This document shows, in pieces, positions 62,201 to 64,000 of a stretch of 64,000 nt of DNA (position 1 is the first letter of the stretch; the number at the start of each line of letters is the position of its first letter). A program made the translations under genes and the position numbers. The notes below the pieces were generated by a model, which did not search any database, was not told where the DNA came from, and was given only the letters and a program-made list of their open reading frames with translations. Origin of the DNA: a virus. The stretch is taken from positions 1 to 64,000 of IMG/VR virus record IMGVR_UViG_3300013131_000002, one strand, 5' to 3'.

Positions 62201-63172
62201 TCAACACTTTTTGCCACCCATTCTTTTCTTACCTGCTGCGGCCATAGCTTGGAATTTGTTCTTTCCATATTTTTTACGACCAACAGATGCTGCAATAGCT
62301 TCAGCAGATTCTTCAGACTTACCTTCACCTTTTAGGTTATTAACCATAGCAGCAAATCTTCCTCCACCTCCTGGTTTCATAGATTTACCACCTCCCATAT
62401 AGGTACGTTTTCCACCTGTACGTTCTTGTGACTTTACAGTTACACCTGGTTTAGCAGCATTTACAACATTTGCTGCACCACTAAGAGCTTGACCTGCACC
62501 TGATAAAGCACTACCTACATTAGCACCTCTTCTAGTACCAGTAGCCTTTGCTTCTTCCATTTTTCTAGCATTTCTTAATGCTACTCTAGCACCTCTAGGA
62601 TTAGATTGAGCAGTTTGCATAGCCAAATCATAAAATCCTAATTCTTTTTTAGGTTCTTCTTTAGGTTTAGGTGCTACTTCTCCTGCTGTTGTATTAGTAG
62701 ATTCAGCATCAGCATCAGCTTTGGGGGGATCAGTATCTTCACCTCCAGCTCTCATTTTCTTTTTTGGGGACCCGAAATGGATTTCTTTGGATTCTTCCAT
62801 CCAAGACTCCTTCATTTTCTTAGGGGCTTTACCAGCCTTTTTATACATTGTTTTCATGACTTCTGATTTTTTATTTTTAATGCCACCTTTTTTAAAGGTA
62901 GTCTGTGGTTGTTCGGGTTGAGATGTATTCACAGGGGCCCCTAAACTATTACTAGCTAGGTTTTGAAGAGAAGCTCCAGTTGATTGTAAAGCTGGATATT
63001 GTACAGGGTTGCTGTCCATTTCTCCTCCAAGTGCATACTTAGATTTGATTTTCTTTTCTTGCTTAAGCATTTGCTTAGTAGGTTTCTTTCCAGAACCTTT
63101 ATTGGCACGGATGTTATCCCAAAGTCCCCTTTGAGAGTATGACCCATCTTTTCTTTTAATCAGCTTGCTCAT
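62201..63172 (-). CDS. Basic low-complexity protein with repeated xxGG motifs (core/DNA-condensing candidate)
   Basis: 323 aa; GLWDNIRANK module, AIAASVGRKKYGK module, eight GG/AG motifs. Confidence 0.65.
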   Translation of the reverse strand: MSKLIKRKDGSYSQRGLWDNIRANKGSGKKPTKQMLKQEKKIKSKYALGGEMDSNPVQYPALQSTGASLQNLASNSLGAPVNTSQPEQPQTTFKKGGIKNKKSEVMKTMYKKAGKAPKKMKESWMEESKEIHFGSPKKKMRAGGEDTDPPKADADAESTNTTAGEVAPKPKEEPKKELGFYDLAMQTAQSNPRGARVALRNARKMEEAKATGTRRGANVGSALSGAGQALSGAANVVNAAKPGVTVKSQERTGGKRTYMGGGKSMKPGGGGRFAAMVNNLKGEGKSEESAEAIAASVGRKKYGKNKFQAMAAAGKKRMGGKKC

Positions 63173-63386
63173 CTTCTTTAGGTTTATTTAGCATTTGTCT
63201 TTCTTGACGAGCTTTCAATGCTCTCTCAACATTGAACCAGATTAGGGTTATACCCCCTATAATTCCTATGATCCAAGTTATACTGTTTGTAAACATGGCC
63301 CAAGAGATAGTAGCCCATGCTACATTAAGTCCTGCCCATTCCCCGTATTCTGCTATTTTGTGTGCGTCAATGTTAAAGTGTGCCAT
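63156..63386 (-). CDS. Small TM protein (holin-like)
   Basis: Hydrophobic helices and basic C-terminal tail. Confidence 0.55.
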   Translation of the reverse strand: MAHFNIDAHKIAEYGEWAGLNVAWATISWAMFTNSITWIIGIIGGITLIWFNVERALKARQERQMLNKPKEDEQAD

Positions 63387-63401
63387 TTCATTTATAAAGT
63401 A

Positions 63402-63662
63402 TTACCAATTACTGCAACTACCACACTTCCAAACTCGAAGTGCTTTGTTAATTCTTGAGTTAGGGTCGTTAGCTGTTTTAGCTGAAGTAAGTCTTTTCTT
63501 CATACCACACATACGTGAACAGAAAGAGTTTCTTCTTTTGCCTCCCTTTGGTTGAGGAGCCTTTAGGTTGGATCCAGGGTGTTGACTTTCGTAAGACTTT
63601 CTGCCTTTTTCGTTAAGTCCACCTTTTGGATTTTTTCCTGCTTTATTTTGCCAAGCTGCCAT
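63402..63662 (-). CDS. Basic DUF6321-like protein
   Basis: AWQNKAGKNPKGGLNEKGR...SFCSRM.GM...DPNSRINKALRVWKC. Confidence 0.75.
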   Translation of the reverse strand: MAAWQNKAGKNPKGGLNEKGRKSYESQHPGSNLKAPQPKGGKRRNSFCSRMCGMKKRLTSAKTANDPNSRINKALRVWKCGSCSNW

Positions 63663-63667
63663 ATCTA

Positions 63668-63675
63668 CAAAATTA
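63668..63675 (-). promoter_or_regulatory. -7 element TAATTTTG
   Basis: TAnnTTTG 5 nt upstream of the 63662 start. Confidence 0.55.
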
Positions 63676-63685
63676 GTTAAAAATG

Positions 63686-64000
63686 TTATTGTTGTACATT
63701 GTTATTATCATAATTTGTAGCCTGTTGTTGAGTAGATGGAGCTCCTCCTGTCACATCCTGAGATCTATCTGCAGATGTATCTGAGAATGTACCTGCAAGT
63801 AATCTAAGTTCTCCATTCATCATGCCTTGAGTAATAGCTTGTACCATATCCATAGGCATAGGAAATGGACTAGAATCACTATAACAAGGTTGATTTCCAC
63901 AATCTCTGAATGCTGCTACTTCTTCTGGATCTTCAAATACACCTCTTACGTTAACGTAATCAGCTCCTTTAGGATTAAGAACATATAGGTAGTCCTCAAT
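63686..64000 (-). CDS. C-terminal part of a tail ring protein (5' end outside the window)
   Basis: Manual translation IEDYLYVLNPKGADYVNVRGVFEDPEEV...CYSDSSPFPMPMDMV..., a crAss ring-type 'VRGVFEDP' motif. Confidence 0.75.
   Translation of the reverse strand: MEDYLYVLNPKGADYVNVRGVFEDPEEVAAFRDCGNQPCYSDSSPFPMPMDMVQAITQGMMNGELRLLAGTFSDTSADRSQDVTGGAPSTQQQATNYDNNNVQQ

Noticed and set aside
30603-63555. Numerous short plus-strand ORFs inside the giant minus-strand genes
   Set aside because: Antisense shadows arising from codon bias; no independent signals
1-64000. Stop-codon reassignment as seen in some crAss phages
   Set aside because: Genes are full length in code 11; TAG (21343-21345) and TGA end genes normally; no suppressor tRNA seen
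1-64000. tRNA genes, CRISPR arrays, DGR/reverse transcriptase, integrase, transposase
   Set aside because: No cloverleaf/T-loop-CCA pattern, repeat-spacer periodicity or relevant catalytic motifs noticed by eye; tRNAscan and CRISPR tools would be needed to exclude them fully

Overview
The window is about 64 kb of a crAss-like (Crassvirales-type) lytic phage genome. The host is almost certainly in Bacteroidota: TAnnTTTG/TTTG promoters, A-rich leaders without Shine-Dalgarno sites, standard genetic code. There are three blocks. (i) 1-8.2 kb, minus strand: TerL (runs off the window), HU/IHF-like protein, GroES, a lysis cassette, fibre-like proteins, small peptides and a promoter-driven structured RNA candidate. 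(ii) 8.2-8.7 kb divergence/origin-like region, then a plus-strand early and replication block to 30.15 kb: PolA, DnaA-domain-IV protein, SF2 helicase, DnaB, AAA/Sak4, SSB-like protein, primase, PD-(D/E)xK nuclease, rIIA/rIIB, 5'-3' exonuclease, UDG and Nmad1. (iii) 30.2-64 kb, minus strand: giant ejected cargo proteins including the virion RNA polymerase, then muzzle and ring tail proteins. The most striking unexplained signal is that three consecutive giant cargo proteins (6365 aa) contain only four cysteines by my reading, all at the termini that face each other. This suggests a head-to-tail disulfide-linked ejection chain. Other notable items are several structured ncRNA candidates, a free-standing peptide resembling the RNR alpha CxxC tail, DnaA boxes plus a phage DnaA-IV protein, [YFM]xx[GA]G repeats in basic core-like proteins, and clamp-binding-like motifs. 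All assignments come from motif recognition by eye; no searches were run.
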